A DNA stretch of 64,000 nt, taken from the NCBI GenBank assembly GCA_965112155.1, contig OZ218100.1; one strand, given 5' to 3'. Positions within the stretch are counted from its first letter, which is position 1; each line of letters starts with the position of its first letter. The position numbers and the translations under genes were made by a program. The notes beneath the pieces are model-generated. The model saw only the letters and a list, made by a program, of their open reading frames with translations. It did no database searches and was not told the DNA's origin. The DNA comes from Podarcis liolepis (Eukaryota). This document shows positions 36,645 to 50,818 of this stretch, piece by piece.

Positions 36645-39600
36645 CTAAAACACACACAGAGAGAACATGAACTACTTTCAGGAGTGTTCGAGCATAGAAG
36701 TGCCACAAGAAATACAGAACCCTCATTAGTGGATTAAGTCTGCACAATGCCCACTGCATATCTGCTTTGACTTGACCTAAGAATTCCATCCCGTTCTGCT
36801 GTCACATCTGCCAGCATTTACAAACATTTGTAAATCTACATTTTTAAAAAAGGAACGACAACTGTAAAAAAATCCACACTAAAATGTTTAATTAGCTGAC
36901 ATTGTTGGGCCAATTCAAAGTCTCTGACAGCAAACCCACCAAGAGCAACCAAAGACCACCACAGCTGTTGCTATGCTTCTGTGTGTTTTGCGGTTTCTTT
37001 CGGCATGCATTAAATTTGAGTAAATTGGATAATATATCATCCTGGTGAAGAGTCAGTGTGCTCTGCACTGTGATTTATCATGCCACCAAGCAATGTTGTT
37101 TACTAATTACACTAATTGCTCTACTAAACTAGCAGTAACCAAAATGATACAGATATTAATTAAAATTTATTACTTGGGTAATGCTGTTATTCATCGACAA
37201 AAAAAGCCAAAACAAAAATACGACACCACTACAAAATGTCAGGCTCTTCTTTCCTTGACCGCCCCCCTATAAACACCATAGATGGTAAAGGTCTGCACTA
37301 TCACCCAAGCTCAACCATTAACATGTGCACAGCTCTCCACTCAACTGGAAAACACCAGCAACACTTGTCTGACTCCCTCAACAGCCATCAATCCATCACC
37401 ATCTCCCTAGTGTATTCATTCCTCATGCAAGACTAACTTTATAGCCTGACTTAATTAAAGTGATTACACAATGAAAGTCATGACCATGACCACATATACT
37501 AAAAATTCACTCAACACACACTGCATTCCTACATTCTACATTCCTGGTATATTTATTTACAGCAGGAAGTTATAGTTTGTGTATCTCAGTATTCTGCCAG
37601 ATTGAGGGTGAAGCCAAATGAGCCAAGCGTTCTTCTATCCATTCATAAGCCTTCACTGTCTTTTAAGAACGCTCATTTATCAAACAAAAAATCTTAACTA
37701 AGCAAACAGCACAAGGCACAGATGGCACAGCCAAACAGGGGCTCCAATAAATGTACTCAAGCATACAGCTTACAAGACAATGCAACCATTTAACCGTCCC
37801 CACCCCCCATCCTTGCAATACATTTGTATATATTATTGTCAGATACATGGGCTTTTCTGAATTAGTGTGCTACATACAGATTAATGGATTTACTCCTCAC
37901 AGTGACTAGCTTTCTACTTAGATGTTTTCTCTTCTGTATTAGCTATTAATTTATTAATTAAAGAGGTAGATAGTTTGAGTTTCTGAAGTAGGATGAAGGA
38001 GACCAATGTTGAAAATATATATTCAACCACCTGAGCGATAATCAGCTTGTTTTCATGAATGCAAGGACCTCTGCAAAATGCTGCCTTCAGTGTGTAGCAG
38101 CATGAACAAGATCCAGTGGTCCAGGTCTGGATTTCAAAGGGCCATGCACTTGAATAAGCTTTTCACCCCTCCTCCTTCCTAACATAGCTCCCTAAAAGTG
38201 AAGCCTAAAGGAGAGGAAGCCTATGGAGAAGTATTTCATGCTGTGCGAAAAGTTGGAGAATCAGCAACCCCCTCATGAACAAGCGGAAAGTATATGTACG
38301 TGGATGCACCGTGGATGCACACAGGAATCTTCTTGGAGCCTTCTCCTAGCACCTGGGTAGCTTTCCAATGACCTGTGCCTTTTGGCTTGGTCATCATCCA
38401 CTAAGCTCAAAGCAAACTCACCCTGAGCTAGTTTGGACATAATATTAAACCATAGATTAGCACTGCAAGGGGGAAAAAACAGTCTCCACCCAGGCTTGCT
38501 TGTTCCCTGTCTCCTCTAGTACAGCCAGAAGAAGTTCAGAAACCTTCACTTCCATTTTCCATTTTCTTTCCCTTTCTCCCATCCAATTCATTTCCACACT
38601 TATTTATGAATCTCCTCCCACCCCAGCGATCTCAATGCATGTCTGTTTGTATTGAAAACAGAAAAAATGAATTAACGAGATTTTTTTAAAAAACAAACAA
38701 ACCCACAACCCTCTTAACTAAGGTTAGTGGAAGCAAACCAGCTCCAAGCCATGCCTTATGAAGTCAGATTGCTTTCACTAACCACAGTTTAAGGTTTGAA
38801 TGACACAATAAACAGTTGTGAATCTAAAAGGGAAGGGGAATTCATACTGGAAGGGGAGAGGGAGGGAAAGGAGGCTAGGCTCAGTCTCTTGATTTAGTGT
38901 TGTAACCAGACATTGCCATAACGACTGTAAAAAGAAAGCTATCTGAGATGTGGTGTTTGCACACAGGAATCTCTCCTTTTTATTTTCGAATTTTTAAAAC
39001 ACTTTTGGAACTTTGACAAAGTTCCAAGCGACTTCAATATCTAGGCTTCTTCTGAGACAGATGGGTAAGTTCTCCAATTTCAACTGTTTATGGTTTACAT
39101 TCCATGGCTACTAAGCTACGGTGGCTGTGATCTACTTACACTGCTAGGGACAGTATGCCTCTGAGCACCTTACTGGGAACCACAAGTGGGGAGAGTGCTG
39201 TTGAACTCAGGTTCTGCTTTACCCCTGAAGCCATAGGCATCAGGTGGGCCACTGTGAGAACAGGTTGCTCGGCTAGATGGGCCTTTGGCCTGATTCAGCA
39301 GGACTCTTCTTATTTCCATTATGATACATTGCTGTAGTCATCAGAAGTGGCATCTTGATCCTCATCCTCTGCTTGTCCGTGTGTGTGTGAAGTTAGGTGA
39401 TTATTATTAGGTGAATAATTGCTTATTATTCATTTTTTAAAAATAAACCTCTTATCTGTAAACACAGTTATTAGGAGATTGTTTTGTACTGCTGTGGAAA
39501 GCACCATCAGAAGTCAGTCTATAGCATGTGAGTGCTGGGTGTTTTAAAAACAACAGCAACTCGTTCCTCCTGTGCTGGCACCCAATGGAAAATCCCCTCC

Positions 39601-40882
39601 CTCTGAACTTCCTTGTTCCACTAGGAGGGAAGCTGCCATTGCAGCTGAAGAGCAGCTACAGACGTACATTTGAGAGAATTGTCACTAGAATTGTCAGATG
39701 CGTCCCTCCTCCATAGGTAGTCTTGTTAAAGTAAAAAAGAAGACGGCGACACATTAAATGTATACACACAGTGAATATATTGACTGGTTTGGCCCTGACA
39801 TTTTAATTTCACGTTGCATTTGCTTGAAAGGCTAAAAGTAGTTTTACCCTCCCCTGCCCCAAAACACAATTTACTGCAACGCTTCCTGGAATCAAGGCCA
39901 CTGCTTGAACCTCCTTAACAGCGAAGAATAAGACTGGGATGTGAGGTTTCAGTCTGTCACACTGAATTTCAAAGTGTTTTGATTTAGTTTCCTCAAGGCA
40001 GGAACACTAATAAGCATTCTGGCTGCATTACACTAGATATTAAAAAAAGTTTAAGGTGGAGCAGAAAATGTTTTCAAAGTTCCTTGCAATGTAACAGACG
40101 TGCCCCAGTATTGGAAGGCACATTAAAGGCATCCTTTATTTTGCCTGCCAGAAAAAGGGTGGAGGGAGTGGGGAGGAAAGACAAGTTGAGATTTCTCACC
40201 ACCGTGCTTACCATTGGCAGAGACCAACCAATTTCTATTAAGGCTGAGATGGTAATTAAAGTCTGTAGCGGCTCTCAGCAGCCTTGGTAAACTCTGCCAA
40301 CTGTCCCTCTGCTGCTGAAAATGGTGCTTCAAAATGCAATTTTTTGCTCTCTTCTCGGAGCAACATTCATAACAGGGTCTCTGGAGATCAGGTTCAATTG
40401 TTTTAAACTGCTGCACCACAAAGCCTCCATCTGCAGAGCCTCAGTAAAAAGTAATCTCCTAATAATTATGTTGCCAGATAAGAGGTCGCTAGATTGTTTA
40501 GTAAATTCCAAAAAAACCTAATTGCATCTCATTAAGAATAATTTCATTTGAAACTGGAAGAGAACTAATGTGCTCCGTTTATTACTCTTCCGGGCTTCTC
40601 TGCCCTACGGAATGTCAGCTGAGCCCATTTGCAACTCAATTCTATCTAAGGGCTTTGCCTCCAAGATGCAGGCAATACTTCCAAAGGGCATCAAGTTATA
40701 CTTTTTATTATTCTCATCTTCACAGAGGCTCACAAGCTTATTTGTTCACACACACCCAATCAAATTTCTAATTAGATTCAAGGAATGCCTATTCTCCTAA
40801 TGTACAACTCTCTGTGCATTAGAGACTGAAAAGAAGCGTAACTCATTGCTAAGTGAGGACTCAGCTTAAGCAACCTTCCAGT

Positions 40883-41129
40883 CAGGGGTGTAGGAAGGGG
40901 GTGTGTGGAGGGGACAGGCTGCCCCAGGTGCCACTCTGGGGTGTGTGTGTAACAAGATGGCCCCTGCCTCCCTCCAGCTGTAGAGCGGCAGAGACCGTCC
41001 ATACGGGCTGCCACGTGTGCGCACTCCGTACAGGATGCCACAAATGCGCAATCCATACGGGATGCCATACATGAGCACTCCGTACGGGCTGCCCCGCCCC
41101 GGATACTGGAGAGGGTTTCTCCACCACTG
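40883..41129. mobile_element. hAT MITE with an internal 27-bp minisatellite
   Basis: CAGGGGTGTAGGA...TCTCCACCACTG. Perfect TSD cttccagt (40875-40882, 41130-41137). 3.5 x 27-bp units at 40999-41093. Confidence 0.85.
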
Positions 41130-41671
41130 CTTCCAGTGTGCTATTTATTTATCACTTTACACATCCATAGAACTGTTGAGAATTCCATTCCTCCCGTGCT
41201 GCAGATGTGTGGGATTGTTACATCACATGTCTGTTTACATTCCAGCACTGATTATTGGAGTCTTGTGAGTGGAAAGGGAGATACACTGTTTCCGCTCTGT
41301 ATAGCCATTGTTTTGGCAGTTCTCGCTCTGAGAAAGAAAGAGAGAGAGGCCATATTTTTCTTTGTTCCATTCTGTTTGATTTAATTTGCAATAAATTAGG
41401 CCTAGATGTTACTCCTCAAGGCTTAGCTTCTGTTTGGACTCTGCTAGTCGTGTGCTCACATCCTTGGATATGGGTCACATCAACGTGATGAAAGACCGGA
41501 GGGATGAATCCCAGGTGACGCTGCATGGGGGGGGGGGGAGGCACTGGCCTTGGCGTTATCACCCAACAAGAACTCCCTAAGCGATTTGCAATAGAAATTT
41601 GTAAGAGAGCCAATAAAACCATACAAATATAAAACAATAAAAGTGTTCATCCAAACAGAAAGCTAAATCAT

Positions 41672-41857
41672 AACAGTAAGAGCTGTTCAACAGTGGAACA
41701 GTCTCCCTCGGGAGGTTGTGGACTCTCCTTCCTTGGAGGTTTTCAAGCAGAGGTTGGATGGCCATCTGTCATAGATACTTTAACTAAGATTTCTGCATTG
41801 CAGGCGGTTGGACTAGATGACCCTTGGAGTTCCTTCTAATTCTACAATTCTATGATT
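41672..41857 (+). mobile_element. CR1 LINE 3' end
   Basis: 'ttggaggttttcaagcagaggttggatggccatctgtc...ttctacaattctatgatt' with the CR1 octamer tail. Confidence 0.85.
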
Positions 41858-44800
41858 TTAAACCAGCACAAAATATCCACTCTCTCATCTAACTCATTCA
41901 AATGAAGTAAGCCACATCATGCCGTAATGTACCATTTATGACTTGAAATAAACTGCTAATTCATTTATTTCCAAGAGAAATAGAATGCAGATAATAGTGG
42001 AATTTGGATCAAAGATCAACACAAACTCCAGCTTTTGATGAATTGGACCCTAGTCTACAAAAGATTATGCCATAATAAATTCATTAGTCTTTAAGATGCC
42101 TTTGTTGCTTTTGACAGACTAACATAACAACTACCCCACTGAAAATAGCAGTTTTATTGACCTTAGCCTAGGAATGTCTTCTCACACAAGAATACAACAC
42201 TATCCTCTGTAATTTTGTATAGTACTGTATGAAACCCAAAATGCTAGTATCTGGAGCTTAATGTAGTTCTATGTGTCTTTATACTTATGGATAAAAAATA
42301 AATTGTACACTGCAGCAAATGGACAATTACACAAATGAGATGTCCATGCCATCTTTCACGCACTCTTCTAGCCATCACTGTCCTCTGCAAGGTCCCATTC
42401 AGCACAATCAGTCCCCCAAGGAAGAGTGCAATGGTTGGATAAATGCATGAGCAGTGTGGAGAGTCCTTCTGTTCTGTATAATGACTGTTGTGTTGCAATA
42501 TGCATGCACTGAGGTCCAAACAAGAAGTTGAAGGGAAGGAGGGAGAAAGGAAGAATTGTAAGAATTGTGCCCATCCTTATTTGTTTTCAATAACACCACA
42601 AGGTGTACTTTTAATCACTGGCAATTTAGTATCAAATGTTAAGCCTTGTATCAGAGATGAAACTGATGCTTCTTCAATAGTAATAAGGGAAGAGAAATTC
42701 CACACATTCCCAGGCAACAATACAAAAATTGCATATATAAGAATGAGACTATAGCCATGGCAGGTACACATACACACCATTATGGATCAGGAAGATTGAG
42801 CACCACTTTATAAGATACAATGAATAATAGCTTTAGTATTCTCTAAAGGTTAATAATAGACAGACAGATAGAAGAAAAGACACAAAACCTGTTGACCCAT
42901 CAGCCACCTTTCAACAGCAGAATGATTTAATAAGTAGCTCTAGATAATGGCTAAAATGAAATTCGATTTCTTTAGCACTTGATAAGCAACACACAATATG
43001 ACAGTTCAATATCAGTGCCCCTTTGTAGAGATTATCTCCATTTATTCAGAGATTGTTTTCAAAACAAAAAGGCCTCCACAGTTGGGAAAGAAAAAAGGAG
43101 AGCTGCGTGCATCTCCTCAGAACCAATTTTAATGATAAAACACATTACCTGCTGTCAGTCAAAGAAAAGCAGAGTATGTCCCAGGGCCTGTGACAAAAAG
43201 GCTATTTCTCAAAGATGTACACAAGGATAGGACACTCAAGCATGACAAGTGTTTTGCTGTTGTCGCTTTTCAAGAGAAATCCCATAGGTTGATCAGAATG
43301 CACAATTTCAGTTTCATTTATCTAAAATAAAAGGAAGTGGCTTTTCTGGTCAAAAGATAACATTCACATTTGTCAGTGTGAAATTGAAAACAATGAAACA
43401 AATTTCATAGCAAAGGCAAAGGATGACGATAAAGAGAACAGCAAGAATATTTGATGCCTTAGCAGTTTTTCTTTCCTTGCGCTCTCTTGTTCTCAAACTG
43501 CAAGACATAATCAGGAGCCAGACCAAAGATTTCACAAGCATGGTACGTAGTGACTTGCTACTGGCCCACAACTTAGTGTTCATGGGACACTGGAAAAGCC
43601 TCTTACATACATAGCATAGTAGCGATGACTGTGACCTACAAGATTGGAAGTTACAGGATCAAATTCTTTCTCAACCTCAAACCTGCCAAGGTTGCCATAC
43701 TTCTGTCAACCTCTTCTCTCCTTCCGCACTATAAGAACAATAATATTGGTTTACTTTACAAGAGCTGAATCATACTATGATAAGTCAAACTGTAATGACA
43801 ATGACCAACTAGGTCATTTTTGAGTTACTGTGCTTGAATTATTTCCTTTCTACTTTAGTCTAACCTTTAAGTACAGACATGTTCTTTGCCCGCATATCCT
43901 GGTAGCATAGGATATAATTCAAGATGGTAGCTCACAAGTAAATATCCAGTTGGTTGTTTTTCAAGTAATCTTTTGTGATGTTCCAGAACATCTAAGACTC
44001 ACCAAGGCAGTGCAAACCTAGGATTAAGGAAGGGGTAGCTGGAACAGCAGAGAATAATAAGGTCCCATGCACAAAGGAAATACAGCATTGTCCCAGAAAG
44101 AACAGAGAACATGTTCCAAGCATCCTGAGATCAAATGTATTCTCTATTATTTATTATATTTATATACCACCCTTTATCTGAGGATCACAGGGCGGTTTAA
44201 AAACACAAGAATGAATATTTCTCTCTCAAAAAAGGAGGGGGGGAGATGGTTTAGGGGTCAAAAGCTGCAGTACACATCTCCTTCCAGGATGCTCTAAATC
44301 AGGGGAGTCAACATGGTGCCCTTCAAATCTTTTGGACAGTGGGATATCCAGGCTCATATAACCAACATGCTTAAGTCTGATTAATGCGTGAATGCTAAAA
44401 ACTATAGAGTTTTTAGCTTTCTACCTGGCCAGGCTTAGCTCACCTTGGGAGAGACTAGGTAATAAAGCCTTTGTTCCCAGTCTATCCAAGTAGCTCAACG
44501 TGTGAAGAGACAAAGCTGCTTGCTAGCCTCTTAGCTGAATAGCTTTAACAATCCTCTCTTGAGTTACAATACCAATAATTTAGGAACTTTCATCACTTTG
44601 CAACTAAGCCAAGTTTTACCGCCTATGCAACATTTTTGACTGAAATATGGCAAAGCACAAGAGCCTGACCTTTGAAGCGTTTGTAAGTAAACCAATTTTA
44701 AACTTACCAAACGTGGGGTCTTTTTAAATGCTGGGGGAACAGGGAGTTTTGGAACTCACACGGGCACATTTTTAAGGTCCAACAGCCTATATTTCCACAC

Positions 44801-44907
44801 TTTAGTTTGCTGCATGTTTTGCGATTTTAAATCTCTGCTGGGGTTCTCTCACCAAAGAGTAGTTGCCCCAAACCAGGATCTTGGCATCTAGGAATTCTCC
44901 TTTTATA

Positions 44908-45138
44908 CAGTGGTACCTCAGGTTAAGAACTTAATTCATTTCGGAGGTCTGTTCTTAACCTGAAACTGTTCTTAACCTGGGGTACCACTTTACCTAATGG
45001 GGCCTCCCGCTGCCGCCGCACGATTTCTGTTCTCATCCTGAAGCAAAGTTCTTAACCTGAGGTACTATTTCTGGGTTTGCAGAGTCTGTAACCTGAAGCA
45101 TCTGTAACCTGAAGCGTCTGTAACCTGAGGTACCACTG
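44908..45138. mobile_element. Tc1/mariner (Tigger-like) MITE, family A
   Basis: TA|CAGTGGTACCTCAGGTTA...TAACCTGAGGTACCACTG|TA; perfect TIRs. Confidence 0.92.
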
Positions 45139-45370
45139 TACCTATTTGTTCTTTGCACCAACATGGACTGCATCTCCCAGCATCCCTGACCACTGACAGT
45201 GCTGGCTAAGGATGATGACCACTGTAGTGCAGCAACAATTGTCGTTGTTGCTAAAACGTTTATCTCGCTCTTCCTCTCAAAGGAGCCCAGGGAAGCAAGC
45301 AATGAAAACATCTAAAAGCAATTCCAGTACCAATGCAGACTGGGAAAGATATCTACATAAAGGGCTTGTT

Positions 45371-46500
45371 AAGAATATAATAAATAAGAGCCTATTGGAT
45401 CAAATCAATGGCTCATCAAGTCCAGCATCCTGTTCTCAGACTGACCAAGCAAGATCCAAGCACATGAAAACTCCCTCCTCTGGCAGTTTCCAAGAACTGT
45501 TATTCAGCAGCATATAGACTCCAACCATGGAGGCAGGGCATAGCCATCATGGCTAGTAACCTCTGACAGCCTTATCGTCCATTAACTTGCCTGAATCTCT
45601 TTTAAAGCAATTCAAGTTTGTGACCATCACTATCTGCTGTAGGAGCGAAGTCCACAGTTTAACAATGATTGTGTGAATAAGTGCTTTACTTTGTCTGTGC
45701 TGAATCTTCCATCATTAGGCTTCATTGGATATCTACAAATTCTAGTGTGTTAAGAAAGAAGAAAAAACCTTTTATCTCTCCACTTTCTCCATCCTGTGCC
45801 TAATTTTATATACTTATCATGTTGCTTCCTACTTGCCTTTTCTCTAAACTAAAATGTCCCTTTCCTCATAAGGAAGCACCTTGATAATTTGGGTTGCTCT
45901 TTTCAGAACCATTTCCAACTCTACAATATCCTTTTTGAGGTGCTATGACCAGAACTGTTCACAGTAGTCACACTATAGATTTGCATAATGGCCTTATGGT
46001 ACTGGCTGTTTTCCATTCCTTTTCTAATGATCCCTAGCATGAAATTTGCCTTTTCACAGCTGCCGCAAACTGAGTCAACATCTTCATTGAGGTATCCACT
46101 CTGACCACAAGGACTTGTTCCTGGTCAGTCACTGCCAGTTGAGATCTCATGGGTGTATATGTGAAATTACGATTTTTCACTGCAACATATATATCACTAT
46201 ACACTTGTCTGCACCAAATGCATTCTCCATTTTATGGCCTGTTCATTAAGTTTGCAATCCTTTTCTGTTTTACTGACCCTGAACAACTTAGTATAATCAT
46301 CAAACTCAGTCAACTCACTGCTCACTCCTAACTCTAGATCATTTTCAAACAAGTTAAGATGCACAGCTCCCAATACCGATCCTTGGGAGACTACACTTTC
46401 TACCTCCATCAGGCATCCAGTTATTCCTACTCTTTGCTTCCTGTTGCTTAAACTGTTCCTGATTCACAAGTGGACTGCCCATCATTCCATGGTTGCTAAG
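45371..46500 (-). mobile_element. Degraded CR1 LINE (RT domain to 3' end)
   Basis: Translation 'SVVSQGSVLGAVHLNLFENDLELGVSSELTEFDDYTKLF' is the decayed CR1 RT motif QGSVLGP..FINDL...FADDTKL. Confidence 0.85.
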
Positions 46501-49500
46501 TTTAGAATGCATCATACATACAGACCCAGTATGCCAACATGCAACCAATTCTACATAACTGTAATCTCAGGGGTGAGATGAAATCCAAGGGATCACCTAC
46601 CTAAAATATACATAAGGAGTGAAGTGGTTCTATACCTTTCTTTTTCTTCTGAGTTTGTGAAAAACTATTAGCTTTTTGTTTTCTCCTTTTTCCAGGTGAA
46701 AGGACTAAATCTGTTACTGTCTGTGGGGAGCTAAAGAAAACACCTGACTTAATTTATGGATATTATCGTTAGTTATTATTATTAATTAACTTTATGGATC
46801 TAGGGGACTTACTGTTAAGATCAGCAGTCTCATCATAGCTTCAACAGGAACCAGGGGATCATCAATATATTTTACCGCATATACTTATGCATGCAAAATG
46901 TATTTGTCCCTGCTGCAGAGACAGAGCAAAGAGACAAAGATATAACTGCACTGTTGGCAATTACTTGTCTGTTTATCTGATGGTATGTTTATTCTGCAGC
47001 CTCCATTCATGATTAACAGTTTGTGTATCCCTCACCTGTAATCAATAGCTGTGCAGTCTTGTATTAGCTGTGGAGATTAGACATCCCTTGATAATAAATT
47101 CCATTGATTTCCTCAGCTTAGGTGTAGTAATCCGAGAGCATTTTCCAGCATTTAAATTAAAAAGAAAATATATAGCCTTCAACGAGTGGAAATGCTAGCA
47201 TGATTATAAGGTGTGACCTCTTTAAACTCATTCCTCCAGATGAATCAAACCTATCTGGTGTAATAAAATGTGAATGAGCATGTCAACAAGCATGAAAATG
47301 AAACAGCAAAGAAACAAAAAATGTGACAGGAAACACAAACCAACGCCAGAAAAGCTTTGCTTGAATTGTAAATGGCACAAGCATTTTCTGAGATTATTTC
47401 TCTAAGGTATTTAGTTTGTCTTTAACATTAGGAAGCAATTGAGTCGGGCAGCATCAATTCCGCGCCCTCCCCCCCCCCAAAAAAAGCTGCTACATCTTTG
47501 CCGCTTCTAAGTGTCAGTCTTCAAATTATAGAACCATCGGGCCCGAAGAGACCAGAAAATCAGGTATTCTATCTAGCACACTGACTGCTGGCTCATATAT
47601 TAAGGGAAATGTGGAAAAGAAGAAGCTCCAAACCAATTTATCCCAGCACTGTGCCTTCCAGATGTTTTGTATAACAGCTCTCATCAGTCTGGGTGGGAGT
47701 GATGGGAGTTGTATTAAAAAATATCTGGAAGGCACTAGGTTGGGGGGGAACAATGCAACATGTGACTCAAAGCATCACAACTGGAGTGAGAAGACTTCCA
47801 GGGATGTTTTGGGGCTCATGGATCTCAACAAGGGGAAGACATGCAGTTTCCTTTCCCCCACATCTTTGCCCATTTAGAGCCGCTTCATGACTTGGGTGCC
47901 AGATGGGTGGGAATGGACCAACTGATTCTGACTGGAAGTTATGAGAAAACTGAGTGCACATCATGCACTTAGAGGTGAACGACACAAGAGTTATTTGACT
48001 GTTTCTAAGAAATCTGGCATAGTCATTATCAGGGGAAATCTTGCCATCTGTATCAATTGCTGGCCATTTTTGTTTTTGCATCCAATATTTGTTTTGCAGT
48101 GGAGGAGGCTCAAACTTGTGTGAAAATTGCATTGAATACAACCTGGAGGTCTGCTCTCTAATTTAAAATATACCAGAGGGAACATGCACGTTTGCTTTCA
48201 TGAATTAATCTGCATATCTTTCCTGAATTTTGAGAAGTGCCAAATGTGAGCCGAAACATATCAAATCAACCAACGCATACCATATGCTAAATAACTTAAT
48301 TTTTACATACAGTAGGAAGAGCTTTGTTCAACATAAGCATATTTTGTAAGCAGATCCGAGGGTTTGCAGAAAATCATAAACAAATCAATGTTGCACTTTT
48401 ACACCATTTTTCTAGAAAGCTGCAACCCACAGGCTTGATTCTGATAACACAAAACCACATGCTTTTAAAGAGGGAGACTATTCAATGAAGGAAGACCCCA
48501 GAGTGCAATGTAGGCTTCTTTCTGGTGGCCATCTGCATGTGTTCTGAGACTTGGTGTCTCTGTGGGTCCTGGACAAGAACGAGACATGCAAATGCTATCA
48601 TTTCCTAAGGTTCAGCAGACACTTTTGATGGATGAGAAAACTGATTCAGTTTGCAATTAAAGGCAAACCTATATAAAACACTTTCTGAAACAATATGCCA
48701 TCCTTCAGAATTCACACTTCTCTGAATTTTGAAAAGTAGTTTTCCAGCCAATTAATACATGCAAAAATGGTAAAGTGTGCATATATTACTGAAAATAGCA
48801 CACAAAACTGTATTACAGAATACTGCTTTATAAAAATATGTAGATTGGGCAAAATTGCATTAATGTATGTACCGTTTTTTACCACATGGTACCAACTCCC
48901 ATATGTATTCCAAACACAGGAATTAGGAGACAGAGATTAGTCAGTCAGTGACTATATGTGGGAAGGTGTCACAGCCACTAACGAAAGTTGTTGCATGGTA
49001 AATTATTCATAATTATTCATAATTGCATTACCCAAACATTTGTTTGATATTATAATCAACATAATTTAGGTGGGTTGTGTTTTTTTAAAAAAAATCTGTA
49101 CTGTCTCTGTTCAAGTATCATATTGCCACCAGAGTCAGAAAAGTGGGTCATGCTGTCTTCCACTGTAAACAGAACAGAGCAAAATCGTGTTCAAGTGCAA
49201 AAAACAATTGTGTCCTTCTTTTGCTTGAAAACTGGTCTCTTTTCTGCAAGACATATAAACCTCCTTTGGGACAATTCAAATTAGAGTCACAGGCCAAACA
49301 TAAAGACATGTCTGTGAAATCAAATCCTTTTTGCTCATTTAACATGCTTCTGTGATTTCTAGTCAAAGAAAATGAGACAAAGTTTTGCTGGCAGCCCTCT
49401 CCCTTGTATTTCAAAACCAAGAATATCAAATATCCGGGAGATGGGGGAGAGAGGGAAGTACTGAATGGATGTAGTTAAAACAAGGAGTTTTGGGTCAAGT

Positions 49501-50635
49501 TAATTTCCTTTTGTTCGAAGCTCCAACACTGCTCTCTTCACACTGCTTTCCAGGCCCATTAAGAGCTCTGACTGATGCTTGGCATTTTTCCTCCAAGTGC
49601 TTAGATGGGGAAACTGCAGCAGAAAGTCTGAATTAAAACTTCTGGCTGGCATTTTTACAAGCTGCAAGGGCAAGGTAGCCTCTCTACACCCTGCCTTGGA
49701 CAGGGTGAATTTTAAGACAAACAGCACGGTCCCAAGATCTAGAGCAGTGTTACTACCAGCCCAGGAAGGAACCAGAGTTTCTGACCAGTAACCTACCACT
49801 ACACAACAACAGCGGCTTTGGAAATGCAAGGGGAATTTAAAAAGGAGTTTGTAACTCTGCTAGTTCAACAACAACAAATGCCACTGGGCCCTAAAGTAAC
49901 TCTTTGGCTATTGACCAAATAATTTGAGTAGAACACATGTAATCAAGGAACATTACCCTTTCCTTTATTTCAATGATAACAACATGTGGACCGCCGGCTT
50001 TCTTCTGCCAAGGCATTGGGTACCCAAATTAAGTAGGCGCTAGACAAACCTAAACACTTTTAAAACCCACAAATCCTTTATTCCTCCTGCCGCCTAACTA
50101 ATAGTTATAGACATCATTGTTTTCCCACACCCAGTGGATGGATTGCTAATGTAAAAGGCAAATTATTTTTCAGACTTTACTACAAGGGGGTGAGAAATCT
50201 GTGGCACTCCAAATGTTGATGAACTCCAATGCACATCAGTCCCAGCATGGGAACGATAGGAGTTGGGAGTCTAGCAGCATCCAGAACACCACAGATTACT
50301 GACCCTTGCTTTATTGGGAATAAAGGACATGCACCACCTGGCTATCTTGTAATGATATGGTAAGCTCCAAAGCACCCACCTACCAAAATGCTAAAGGAGT
50401 TTTCAAGTGCCATGAGAATGAGGCTATGTTTTGCAGGCACACAAATATTTGAGACAAAAATTGAGGGAATAATGCTACTGCATTATTACTCATTCTACTA
50501 TTTCTAAGAGCTTCGCACAGGAGTGCTCTGTTTGCACTTTTTTAGCTTATATGAGCAATTTAACATGCGTAAATAGTTCCTGGGTTTACATGAAGGTGTC
50601 TTTCACCATTCCTCTAATATATTTTGCTACTTTAC

Positions 50636-50818
50636 AAAGGTAAAGGTAGGGAAATTCAGGTACCTATTTATCTACTTGCACTTTGACGTGCTTTCGAACT
50701 GCTAGGTTGGCTGGGACCGAGCAACAGGAGCTCACCCCACTGCGGGGATCTGAACCGCCGACCTTCTGATCGGCAAGTCTTAGACTCTGTGGTTTAACCC
50801 ACAGCACCACCCGCGTCC
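50636..50818 (-). mobile_element. Sauria SINE with an internal deletion
   Basis: Tail aaaggtaaaggta is joined via a short filler directly to 'ggtacctatttatctacttgcac'. The 5' end 'ccacccgcgtcc' is intact. Confidence 0.88.

Noticed and set aside
40999-41093. CRISPR-like array or 9-aa repeat protein (MRTPYRMPQ...)
   Set aside because: Eukaryotic context, the 'spacers' are similar to each other, and it lies inside a MITE. It is a minisatellite.
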